From Octopus bimaculoides (taxonomy: Eukaryota): DNA of 44,336 nt. The notes beneath the pieces were generated by a model, which had not been told where the DNA came from, searched no databases, and saw only the letters and a list, made by a program, of their open reading frames with translations. This document shows positions 1 to 10,800 of the stretch, in pieces. Position 1 is the stretch's first letter, and the number at the start of each line of letters is the position of its first letter. The stretch lies in NCBI RefSeq assembly GCF_001194135.2, contig NC_068989.1, forward strand, positions 62,185,513 to 62,229,848, read 5' to 3'. Made by a program: the position numbers and the translations under genes.

Positions 1-1064
1 CATATACACGCACATATATGTAAGCAAGTATGCGTACATAAATGTATGTAGATTTATACATGTGTACGTAAAGATGAATTAAGTTATGTATTGCAAGACG
101 TAAAGGATATTCTCTTAAAGTACATCAGGCCATGAAGATTTAGTGGGTATCACCTGATGTTACATTACATATATTTGATGTGATGATGTACAAGATATAT
201 ACAATGGCCACATTAGAATCACAGGATAAATAATTCAACAAAGTATGCGAGATAATAGAACTTTTAAAAACAAGTGCATTGTTGCTCTTTTTTCTGATCT
301 GTTATTTCTGTTCTGTTCTTGCATTTGTCTTTTTGCTTAAGTCCATGTCATGCATATTTACAAACCTATATTGATTGCTGTTCCTTCTCAGTTATACTAA
401 ATTCTTGTGATATTATTCTCAGCGACGACAACTTGGCTCAATACTTATCCCTCATGTAAGAAGAGTGAGTGTACCTTGAGAAATATTCTGTTGCTATTTC
501 TACATTTTAAAATGCCCAGTTATATGATCACTTAAAATTCTGAACAGGTAGATTGTTTCTCTGCTTATAATGTCAGATCAAATTATTGTTCTGATATTGT
601 CTGTTGTTCAAATAGTTTCTCATTTCCTTCTGCTCAATAGTGCATACCAAGAGTGCTATATTCGGGTTATTCACATGAATATACATGCAAATGCAAAATA
701 TTACTAAATATTGGCACCCTGTCTAGACTACATATATCAATATTTTACATGGAAAACTTAAGGAAAGTATAGTTTATGAGAAAAGAAAGAAAACGCTCCC
801 GTTTCAGACAATCTTTAGAATTATTAACGAAATAAAGATGCCGAGACAGCTATGACAGATGATTTTCATAACTGAATGAAAGTTGAAGTATTCATCAGAA
901 CGTGATATGCTTATAGTCTACGTTCATGTACTTGTATATATTTATATTCGTTATGTTTTTCAGGCATTTTCTGGAAAATAATTTAGGTTGAAAAAAAAAT
1001 CAGAAGCACGAACAAAATCTATTTGCATATGCATGTAACTCTTAATATTTCCATATATTCATAT

Positions 1065-1771
1065 NNNNNNNNNNNNNNNNNNNNNNNNNNNNNNNNNNNN
1101 NNNNNNNNNNNNNNNNNNNNNNNNNNNNNNNNNNNNNNNNNNNNNNNNNNNNNNNNNNNNNNNNNNNNNNNNNNNNNNNNNNNNNNNNNNNNNNNNNNNN
1201 NNNNNNNNNNNNNNNNNNNNNNNNNNNNNNNNNNNNNNNNNNNNNNNNNNNNNNNNNNNNNNNNNNNNNNNNNNNNNNNNNNNNNNNNNNNNNNNNNNNN
1301 NNNNNNNNNNNNNNNNNNNNNNNNNNNNNNNNNNNNNNNNNNNNNNNNNNNNNNNNNNNNNNNNNNNNNNNNNNNNNNNNNNNNNNNNNNNNNNNNNNNN
1401 NNNNNNNNNNNNNNNNNNNNNNNNNNNNNNNNNNNNNNNNNNNNNNNNNNNNNNNNNNNNNNNNNNNNNNNNNNNNNNNNNNNNNNNNNNNNNNNNNNNN
1501 NNNNNNNNNNNNNNNNNNNNNNNNNNNNNNNNNNNNNNNNNNNNNNNNNNNNNNNNNNNNNNNNNNNNNNNNNNNNNNNNNNNNNNNNNNNNNNNNNNNN
1601 NNNNNNNNNNNNNNNNNNNNNNNNNNNNNNNNNNNNNNNNNNNNNNNNNNNNNNNNNNNNNNNNNNNNNNNNNNNNNNNNNNNNNNNNNNNNNNNNNNNN
1701 NNNNNNNNNNNNNNNNNNNNNNNNNNNNNNNNNNNNNNNNNNNNNNNNNNNNNNNNNNNNNNNNNNNNNNN
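1065..1771. other. Assembly gap (largest of ten: 1065-1771, 3105-3343, 10801-11209, 11959-12094, 16508-16517, 17426-17667, 23043-23143, 26189-26357, 39211-39307, 40754-41230)
   Basis: Runs of N, nearly all abutting simple repeats, as expected for a short-read scaffold. Confidence 1.
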
Positions 1772-2339
1772 ATATATATATATATATATATATATATACT
1801 TGGTTGTGTGCATGTGTATATGTATGTAGGTATGTAAGTGCGCATGTGTGTATATGTCTGTGTTTACATATATAAATGGATGTTTAAGTCTTTGAGTATA
1901 CATGCACTTGTATAATCTCTTGCAATAAACGCTGACTGGAGCAATCGAAGAATAAAATTACAAATGCTCACTGAAACATGCACACCTACAGAAACATCAA
2001 AATAATATTGTAATTCTACTTGACGTTCATCGATGCATGAACTTGTTTCCGATAGCTGTCTGAAAAGCATTGTGAAACATATGTTTGTATGTACGTGTGC
2101 TTATATATGGAGATGAGAAAATACATGCCTTGCAATACGCTTAATGTATATGGAACAATGTATATCTTCGTAATTTACAGCCATCGCAAATAAAATTATA
2201 ATCCTAATCAATAGAAGAATCTACAAGGATCCCTAAACTATCAATGGATCTTCAACAGGGCTACCTCTCATGGTAACCTGGCATTAGCAAGAAGTTAGTG
2301 TATATCACACAAAATGTGGTATTACCCCTTTCGGGTGTG

Positions 2340-2377
<38 letters not shown>

Positions 2378-3003
2378 TCTCTCTTTCTCTTCCTGTTTCT
2401 TTTCCTTTCTCTCTTTTGTGCCATGCGGATTGTATCAGTATATCACACAATAAGTTTCTCCACGTTTGAAGAACGCAAGACATCTTGAACGCATAGTTGT
2501 GTACACAAACTTCCGCAGTTTATCTTTCATGTGACGTATAACACTTTTGCGAATTGAGCAATCAAATGAATCGCTATATTATAGAAGATCATAACATAGG
2601 ATTTTAGAACTTGTAAGAAATCGTTACGAAGAGTATCATTCCGTTCAATCTTTGCATTTTAGAGTCAGCATTTTAAATTCCAGCAGATGTGTTGCGTGGG
2701 GTGTGTTGAAGATTAGTATATCCAGGAAGCAAAGAGTGAAATTACATTCTCTCTTCAAAAGAGGTGTCTTATGTAACGTAGTCGAACATGAGAAATAACT
2801 TTTTCTCCTCTCAATAAAATATAATATTAATGCTATTGCTATTTATCTACATTCTGTATCCCGGGCATAGGTGATACCTTGCAATGTTTTCAATCAAACC
2901 TATATAAAAATGCATGATCATGTCAACACATCTATCTTATTATCTATTTATCCTTCTATCTATCTATCTATTGGAATTTCTCTCTATTTGTATATACGTA
3001 CAA

Positions 3004-3035
<32 letters not shown>

Positions 3036-3935
3036 ACAAACACACACACACATACACACAAACACACACACACACATACACACACACATACACACACACA
3101 CACANNNNNNNNNNNNNNNNNNNNNNNNNNNNNNNNNNNNNNNNNNNNNNNNNNNNNNNNNNNNNNNNNNNNNNNNNNNNNNNNNNNNNNNNNNNNNNNN
3201 NNNNNNNNNNNNNNNNNNNNNNNNNNNNNNNNNNNNNNNNNNNNNNNNNNNNNNNNNNNNNNNNNNNNNNNNNNNNNNNNNNNNNNNNNNNNNNNNNNNN
3301 NNNNNNNNNNNNNNNNNNNNNNNNNNNNNNNNNNNNNNNNNNNATATATACTAGCAGTATAACCCGACGTTGTCCGGGTGTGACTTATTACGCCATCTAC
3401 AATAAGTCTTGCTTGGTGAAAATCAACTAAAAAAGAAAGCCTTACAATGAAAAAACCCTTATGATGTAAATATGTTCATAATTCAAAAGACGAAATTAAT
3501 AGGGAAAGTCTGAAGACTGTTTTGTGTAACATTATTAAGTGTACGTAAATTTCATCCATCTAATTGGCTATACAAATGCTTGTGCAAAACAACTTTTTGC
3601 GCTGCCTTGATTATACATAGCAGGGTAATTCCTTTTCGCAGGAGCTAGGACGGCAATTTCTGATGAAGCAATTGCTGGCGATCTGTTGCTACACAATTCT
3701 GCCAGAATTCTATCAGATTGCACAGTAGATGATGATGCACCGTTTTGCATTATGTTCAAAGCAGCTGCTGGAATGTGGTGAATTGATGCAGTCTGTTGCT
3801 GTCTTTTTAAACCGGTTACTTTCTTTCCCCAGCAAGCTCTCTTGTTTGGAGGCATAATCTATATACGTATTAAACAGAACAACAAAGGTTATAACAGATG
3901 GGAGGGTCGGTAGTTTTCACATTTCAGTGATTTTT

Positions 3936-4079
3936 CAGATCAACACCCGCACGATTACGTAACCCTAACCATAAAACCGTAACCGTAAGACTAACTCTCA
4001 TCGTAACCCTAAAACCGTAACCCTGACCTAAAAACCGTAACCCTAACACCATAGTGAAAATCGTGCGGGTGTTAATCTG
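3936..4079 (+). mobile_element. Short TIR element (MITE/HINE-like) with telomere-like TAACCC core, copy 1
   Basis: A 21-bp inverted repeat, CAGATCAACACCCGCACGATT ... AATCGTGCGGGTGTTAATCTG, encloses degenerate (TAACCC/TAACCG) repeats. Confidence 0.7.
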
Positions 4080-4090
4080 AATAATAATAA

Positions 4091-4130
4091 TGACCTCTGC
4101 AGATCAAACTCCCAACCCACAACTAAATCT

Positions 4131-4171
<41 letters not shown>

Positions 4172-4703
4172 GCAACACACACACACACATACACACTAAA
4201 TAAAAAAAATGTTAGTAAGTACAGAACTTCAGCATTATATATTAAGATGGGCAACACACACACTAAATTTTTAAAATGACAGGTATTTGTATGTATGTGT
4301 GTATTAATGTGTATTCCGTGTCTATATATGGTAGTAATTAAATGCGTTTTAAGAAAGATATTACAATAATTCAGTTTGTAAGGAATAAATGTTTGACTGT
4401 CGATCGTATTTGGAAGAGAATGACAGATATTTGTATGTATGAGTGTGTGAGTTAAAATTCCGCCGATTCATCCTTTCGGGGTCTAAAAATAAGTACTATT
4501 TGAACACAGGGGTCAATATAATCGACTATTCTCCACCTGCCCGAAGCCGCCGTTGTGGGAAAAAATTTAAATAATAATAATAATAAATAAATAATAATAA
4601 TAATAATGACCTCTGCCGATCAAACTCCCAACCCACAACTAAGTCTTAAATGTATATATATATGGGCAACACACACAGTAAATAAAAAAGATGCTAGTAA
4701 GTA
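4091..4703 (+). repeat. Direct repeat pair (4091-4221 and 4607-4703)
   Basis: TGACCTCTGC(A/C)GATCAAACTCCCAACCCACAACTAA...TATGGGCAACACACAC...TAAATAAAAAA..G(T/C)TAGTAAGTA occurs twice, offset by 516 bp, and differs mainly in microsatellite length. Confidence 0.85.
4450..4570 (+). mobile_element. 5'-truncated tRNA-derived SINE fragment
   Basis: AAATTCCGCCGA..TTCATCCTTTCGGGGTC..AAATAAGTAC...GGGGTCAATATAATCGACT matches the body of the fuller SINE copies at 35935 and 38341, and is followed by a (TAA)n tail. Confidence 0.75.
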
Positions 4704-4733
4704 AAAGTGTTTTTTAAAAAATTGTTAAATTTT

Positions 4734-4818
4734 CAGATTAACACCCGTACGATTTTCACTACAGAGTTAGGTTAGGGTTTGTTAGGGTTAGGTAGGTAAT
4801 GATGCGGGTGTTAATCTC
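4734..4818 (-). mobile_element. Short TIR element with TTAGGG core, copy 2 (inverted relative to copy 1)
   Basis: CAGATTAACACCCGTACGATTTTCACTA is the reverse complement of the right end of copy 1. The interior is GTTAGGTTAGGGTTTGTTAGGGTTAGG and the right end is ATGCGGGTGTTAATCTC. Confidence 0.7.
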
Positions 4819-5068
4819 AAGATTTACGAAAAGATTTTCAAAGACAAATCACGGTTTGTCCGGAATAAATGTCTGTTGATCGTATTTGAGAAAGATGTCT
4901 CGATGGTGACGGACGGTGTTAGAAATGGAAAGTAAACTTACAATTCCCGCCAAATTGGAATGAGGTCATTGGTAACCATAGGTACATATATATGTGTGTA
5001 TTTACGTATGATTGGTAGTGTGTCTGTTTATTTGACTCTCACTCTCCTTCGTTTCTCTGCCTTTTTTC

Positions 5069-5400
5069 TTGGATCATTCGAAAACGTTCATAAGAGAAAG
5101 TAGCAATTGAAACGATGTGTAAGAGGAATAGAAATAGTTAATTTTAGAGGGGCAAAGTAATTTTGTATGTAGTTTTAGTATCTGTCATTACAGTATCGAA
5201 ATGTGATTGTTTCAGTTTTGATCTTTTTTGTATTTGTTGTTGGATTATTCGTAAAGGTTCATAAGAGAAATTAGGAGTTGAAAGGATTTATATTATAAAG
5301 AGGAAATTAGATTGTATTAGGGAGAAAATGTTTGCTGCTGTAGTTTTATGGATTTTATTCATTATTAGGAAATTTTTGGAGTGAAAGAATGACGCAGTGA
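5069..5400 (+). repeat. Degenerate ~171-bp tandem repeat inside the Helitron-like element
   Basis: TTGGATCATTCGAAAACGTTCATAAGAGAAA (5069) recurs as TTGGATTATTCGTAAAGGTTCATAAGAGAAA (5240), with similar downstream sequence. Confidence 0.6.
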
Positions 5401-5726
5401 CCTAACAAATTGTATTTAGAATATTAATTGCGATTGTTTATTCGAAGAAATTTGGAATTGTGTAAAAGTATGAATTTTAAACATACACACACACGCACAC
5501 ACACACACACAGAGAAAATCTGCCTTTTATAGTATATATATATACATATATATATATATACATGAAGTCATTGGCACTTAGAATACATGTTAATTAACTT
5601 GTTGATGTTTACTTCCACGTTCCTGTTTACTTTTAACAGACAGACTGAAGAAGTGGAGAACATTGAAACGTCTAGTCAGTTATGCTTTTCCTTATAGACT
5701 TCTACACACAGACTTTTTCTCTCTCT

Positions 5727-5758
<32 letters not shown>

Positions 5759-8169
5759 CATTTCTCCTTCTCTCTCTATCACATGAGCATATACATATAA
5801 GTGATAGGGGGAAGGTATGCGTCAGTGTGTTTGTGTGAGCGCATGCGTGGATGTTGTCGGTGTACTTAATTTTTTTTTTTGTGAAACATTTGGTATATTC
5901 ACAATATCTAGCAAAATATTTTGTGAAAAGTTATTAACTAATACAAGTTTTCTTTCTCATTATTTTCTTTTTTTTTCTGAAAAAGGGAAGATCATGAAAC
6001 TTTTGGAATGTGATATATTGGAATGTGATATATTACTCACAATACTTGAGAGATACTTAATTCTCAATAAAAAGAATGACATATGTCCTTGGCAGAACCT
6101 GAGCTCAGCAGATCAAGGCATTAGTTTTCACATTCCTCATACGCGTAACAATTCCTCAGCCTCTATGTAGCAAATACACATGCATATACTGCAGCATAAA
6201 TCACAGGTCTGTTAGGGTATATATCAATTTAGCTAAGACTAATAGTTTACATCATATGCAACTCATCGTGGCTCCCTTGCAGCGATTTAAATCATATATT
6301 TTTTATTATAATTCCAGCTGAGTTCTTTCTATGATCATCTATTATGTTCAATCATAATATATATGTTATTACGTTTTGCGATATCCGTTCGACTGGTTTC
6401 AGTCAGCAGACGTTATCTTAGAGTGATTTGACTTTGCTGCAGTCTGATTAAACATCTTACACCATTCACATTAGCTTGGGATTTTCTCTCAACACCCATA
6501 GAATTTAATGGTAAACATTGCTAAAAGGAAGGAGATATTGTCGTGTATTTGATGAGCCGTTTCAAATGTGCTAGATGCCCTATGACTCGGTTAAAGCCTA
6601 TAAAACACATTACCAAACATTGCGCTCAATTTGGTCATAATACCTATAGTACTATTATTAATGGTTTGTGAACGTTATTCAACACTAGCCATTTTTCTAT
6701 TCAAAATCAATTTTACAGCACAGATATTAAAATCTATATTTCATTTTAATTAAATCATTTAATTTCTCTCATCTGTCCTAGCTCTAACTAGTTTGGTGCT
6801 AAACTTTTTGGCCGTTACTATCTATATCTAAAATATCTATATATGTTTGATCTTATTTAATCTTCAAACATATTCTTTCCATTGATTAATTTATCTGTAT
6901 TGATTTTCCACTTAATTAATATGTCTTATCATTTAATTAAGGCCATTTCTTTCTAAATACATTTTTTCAGATAAATTCAACAAATAAGAATTCACAATTT
7001 CTCTTAAGTTTTATATAAGTTTTAATAGCTTATACTTTAAAAGATAACTAATCATTAGCAGACATTCATTACGTCTATAAAATTATCGTACAATCTTTCA
7101 CCTTCGCCTCTACTACAAACTGTCTATATGAACTAATGTATTCACTGCAGGGTTGGATCAATCCTATCGAATTCATGTAGACACCGCTAAGTTGTCTAAT
7201 ACAATCGGAATTATTTATTCCTTGTTAGGTACAACTAATAAAGACTTGGATGCTTAGGATATTGACTTTATTCGGTGCAGTACTGGTCTGAAAAACTGAA
7301 ACATTAAATCAATCCTAACTTACTGGCTTATTCCATAGTAGATTACATATGTAGTGTATAATACGAATGTTAATATGATCACACACATTTACAATCGCAC
7401 TTATACAAGAAATAGTATATACAAATATACACATGCATATTTGTGTGTATATACGCGCGCATTTGTGTATGTGTGTTTATGTGTGTGCGCGTGGTTCTTG
7501 ATTGAAGTTAAAATAGTTAAATTATTGCTCCGACTTTTCGCAGACGATAATTATGAGAAAGGAACACTCTGTACATTCATTTCCTTTTAAAAGCATTGAG
7601 CTGTCCCAAAATTTCATTTCCGTTTGATGCATAGGAAGATAAAAATTGGAATAACATATTTGAAAGTGGTCAGCTTCAATAAATCACCATGTTTTGCTCT
7701 ATATTCGATTCTGGTGTTTGCAAATCGTAATGCGCCTATCACTGGAAATGATTACTTTTCCCTTCAAACATTGCACCTCATTTTTGTGATCTGGTCATCA
7801 ATATCTTGAAACTGGCCTGTTTTCCATTGCATTTCAGACAGATTCAGCACTGAGTCGCTGAAGCAGAAATAACATTATAGCAAATATTCTGCTCAATGAT
7901 ACAGTTTGCTTATCAGTTGCTTGCCGTTATACACTTCAACCAGTCGGTTAATGGCTGACATAATGTGTATTTCTGATCATGAGTAGGTGTAGTAAGAGAC
8001 CGTCAAAGCTAAGTGTTGTGATGGAGTTTGGGAGGGTTTTCATTGATGTGACAAAAGCACAGTCTGAAGGAAATATTTTCTTATTTCTATGGGTAAGCAA
8101 ATGGCGAGATAACAGTTGTGAACTAATGAGAAAAATCATGTTACGCAGTGTTATCAAACAATGTTAGAC

Positions 8170-8335
8170 AATTCTATATTTAAGATATGAGGAATTATGT
8201 ACATCATTTACATTATTTACAATTGACGGATATTTGTCCTCCTCTTGTTTGTTGTTAACACAACGTTTCGGCTGATATACCCTCCAGTCTTCATCAGGTG
8301 CCTTGAAGAAATTTCGAACCTGGCTTAACATTCGA

Positions 8336-8389
<54 letters not shown>

Positions 8390-8501
8390 TATTATTATTC
8401 AGGTCACTGCCTGGAAGCGAACTCAAAATCTTGGTGTTAGTAGCCCGCGGTCTTAACTACTATGTTATATGCCCGTGGGCATATGGCGTAGTGGTTAAGA
8501 G
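8170..8501 (-). mobile_element. Composite SINE-like element (tRNA-like head + (TAA)n + hammerhead-containing tail), copy 1, with inverted head fragment and TSD
   Basis: The minus strand gives a head GGGCATATAACATAGTAGTTAAGACCGCGGGCTACTAACACCAAGATTTTGAGTTCGCTTCC (8474-8401; A-box and B-box-like), then (TAA)n, then a tail shared with copies 2 and 3. An inverted head fragment GGGCATATGGCGTAGTGGTTAAGAG lies at 8477-8501. AATGTTAGAC flanks both sides (8160-8169 and 8502-8511). Confidence 0.85.
8257..8302 (-). ncRNA. Minimal type I hammerhead ribozyme motif (copy 1, catalytic core intact)
   Basis: The minus strand reads GGCAC-CUGAUGA-A-GACUG-GAGGGUAUAU-CAGCC-GAAA-C-G-UU-GUGUU. Stem I is GGCAC/GUGUU (two G-U pairs), stem II is GACUG/CAGCC (one A-C mismatch), stem III is the loopless palindrome ACGU, and the cleavage triplet is GUU. 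Activity is untested. Confidence 0.7.
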
Positions 8502-8777
8502 AATGTTAGACGAATTATAATTCCAATCAGCATTTCTAATGCTTGCATACGTCCTTTGTAAGGAGAGAATATGAGTTAGGCAAACATATAAGCTGACCTA
8601 GTGTACAAATGATCGCTTACACATTTACTGTAACGATTCTTATTCTTGTTATATTCCGCAGTTACAAGCTAGGGCAGTGCAACTTTATTTCTTATCTCGA
8701 TGCACTTATTTTCTATATTATTTAAATATGCTAGCGGAGGGATGTAAACATTATTTCTATTAGAATTATAGTCTACC

Positions 8778-8919
8778 TTATTTACATTTGACGGATATTT
8801 GTCCGCATCTTGATAGTTGTTAACACAACGCTTCGGCTGCTATGCCCTCCAGCCTTCATCAGGTGTTTTTGGAAAATTTCGAACCTGGGTTCTCATTCCT
8901 AAGGTATTTTTCGATGATA

Positions 8920-8981
<62 letters not shown>

Positions 8982-9080
8982 GTTATTGTTGTTGTTGTTG
9001 CTGTTGTTGTTCGGGTCACAGATTGGAATCGAACTCGGAACCTTGGGGTTAGTAGCCTGCGCTCTTAACCACTCACCATT
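8778..9080 (-). mobile_element. Composite SINE-like element, copy 2
   Basis: The head on the minus strand at 9011-9080 (AGTGGTTAAGAGCGCAGGCTACTAACCCCAAGGTTCCGAGTTCGATTCC) is followed by a (CAA)/(TAA)n spacer and the same tail as copy 1 (CATCGAAAAATACCTTAGGAATGAGAACCCAGGTTCG...CTGATGAAGG...ATATCCGTCAAATGTAAATAA). Confidence 0.85.
8822..8867 (-). ncRNA. Hammerhead motif, copy 2 (perfect stems, A15.1-to-G core substitution)
   Basis: The minus strand reads AACAC-CUGAUGA-A-GGCUG-GAGGGCAUAG-CAGCC-GAAG-CGUU-GUGUU. Stems I and II are fully Watson-Crick paired, but GAAA has become GAAG, which is probably inactivating. Confidence 0.6.
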
Positions 9081-9093
9081 TACCGTAGTCGTT

Positions 9094-9151
9094 GCTACTA
9101 ACCCCAATATCCCGAGTTCGCTTCCAAGCAATGACCTGAATAATAATAAAT

Positions 9152-9238
<87 letters not shown>

Positions 9239-9406
9239 CATAACAGCATCGAACAAATACCTTAGGAAAGAGAACCCTGATGAAGACTGGAGGGTATATT
9301 ATCTGAAACGTTATGTTAACAACAATCAAGATGCAGATAAATATCCGTCACTTGTAAATAATATAAATAATGTACATAATTCTTAATCGCTTAAATATAG
9401 AACAGT
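9094..9406 (+). mobile_element. Composite SINE-like element, copy 3 (head-to-head with copy 2; degenerate hammerhead)
   Basis: A 5'-truncated head GCTACTAACCCCAATATCCCGAGTTCGCTTCCAAGCAATGACCTGAA, a TAA/TTA spacer, then the tail CATCGAACAAATACCTTAGGAAAGAGAACC-CTGATGAAGACTGGAGGGTATATTATCTGAAACGTTATGTT...AAATATAGAACAGT. The stem I region is deleted. Confidence 0.85.
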
Positions 9407-10765
9407 CACACTCACACACAGACACACACTCACACACACACACACACACACACCTATGCAATACATTTTATATTAAAGTAGTTCCGTTTAATTCCATTTT
9501 CATTAGGGTTGTATTCAGAAATGTAAAATCTGAGTGGACTGAAGTATAATCGTCAGTATTGAAATGATTTATGGCCAAGTTTATAATCTTTATCAGCATT
9601 TTGTTTTGTTCGTGAGTAAGCTCTGCAGAAAGCGAATGCAATACGTTATAATTTTGAAGAAATTTGTTTGAAGTAAACATACACGTAAACACACACTTAC
9701 ACGTATATATGCCTCTGTGTGTGTGTGTGTGCCATTGTGTGACACGCGAAGTGTGTGTGTATGTGTGTATTTGTGTGTGTGTGTGTATATGTGTACGAAA
9801 AGTAGGAAATTAAAACTTATTAATATTTGAATATATAATTCAAATCCTCTCAATATAGAAATAAAAAAGTATAAATTAGTGATCTTTATTCACATAACGA
9901 CAAATCATATAAGATAATGTAATTTAATACTGAGTGAAGGAATTGAAATACCTATCATTACTGATAACACACGTAGATTACTAACATATAAATCTATGCA
10001 AATGACGAGTTCTTTCATTTCAACAAACGCAATACTAAATTCTTTGAAAATATTTCATATAAAGGGGCGCATAACAAAAGACATCAATGAAAATATATCA
10101 CACACTATAATCACTGCACATGCAATGGAAAATATATGCACATATGTATATGTCTGTGTGTGTATGTGCGTCCATGAGTGTGTATGGCTGTGTGTGAGTT
10201 TGTGTGCGCGCGCGAATCAAGAAATATATTGGACAAAATTTATTAGTTGTTTAATGAATAATCTTCTTAGATATATAATAATGATTTTAACAATTATATT
10301 TGGTGAGCAAAACTTTTTATGTTGCTTGGCTATTATTATTAACTTATAAATTTAGATGATTTACACCAAAGGGAAAAAAACAAAAGTTTCGTGTCATTTA
10401 TTTCAGATTATGTATTATACTGAAATTAGTAGTTTAGAATCTACAAATAAAATATAATTGATGCTGTCAGAAGACCAATGTAATCTGGCGCATTAATATG
10501 AATTTTATGATATGTCGTAGTTAATTTATGGTGTCATTACACACAATGGTGTCTAAAGACGCTATGTTACATCGTAATTCTATTCACCTTGGAGTATATG
10601 GACAAACACACGCCGCACATTCCAGCTTCTTTCATGCACACGAAGATACGCGCATACATGCACACGCAGACAGAGATGGAGAGATATTTCGATAAGTAAG
10701 CACATGTATCTCTTTATAATTATCCATATCTATCTTCTCAATTACACACATACATATGTATGTAA

Positions 10766-10800
<35 letters not shown>

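Larger units (their letters stand above)
3351..5540 (-). mobile_element. Non-autonomous Helitron-like rolling-circle element carrying nested repeats
   Basis: The minus strand ends ...CCCGGACAACGTCGGG-TTATACTG-CTAG|T: a GC hairpin at 3363-3378, CTAG at 3351-3354, then T, which is the canonical Helitron 3' terminus. The other end reads TATATACTATAAAAGGCAG on the minus strand at about 5520-5540, like the TC-TATA...TATAAAA 5' ends of invertebrate Helitrons; the TC is blurred into a (TA)n tract. Joining the two ends into one element is inference. Confidence 0.6.

Noticed and set aside
1019-1903. Long ORFs spanning N-runs (also at 2.9-3.4, 10.6-11.3, 17.3-17.8, 22.8-23.3, 26.0-26.7 and 40.7-41.4 kb)
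   Set aside because: They are open only because N codons and (TA)/(CA) repeats contain no stops; the translations are YIYI/THTH/CVCV artefacts.
7830-8160. Moderately GC-rich stretch with short ORFs on both strands
   Set aside because: No recognisable domain appears in any frame; it may be an old repeat, but I cannot support a call.
8335-9153. Poly-L, poly-I and poly-N ORFs
   Set aside because: They are translations of the (TTA)n spacers of the composite SINE.
8170-9406. Repeat-spacer appearance suggesting a CRISPR-like array, and heads as true tRNA genes
   Set aside because: The DNA is eukaryotic, there are no short constant repeats with unique spacers, and the heads lack a pairing acceptor stem, so they are SINE heads.
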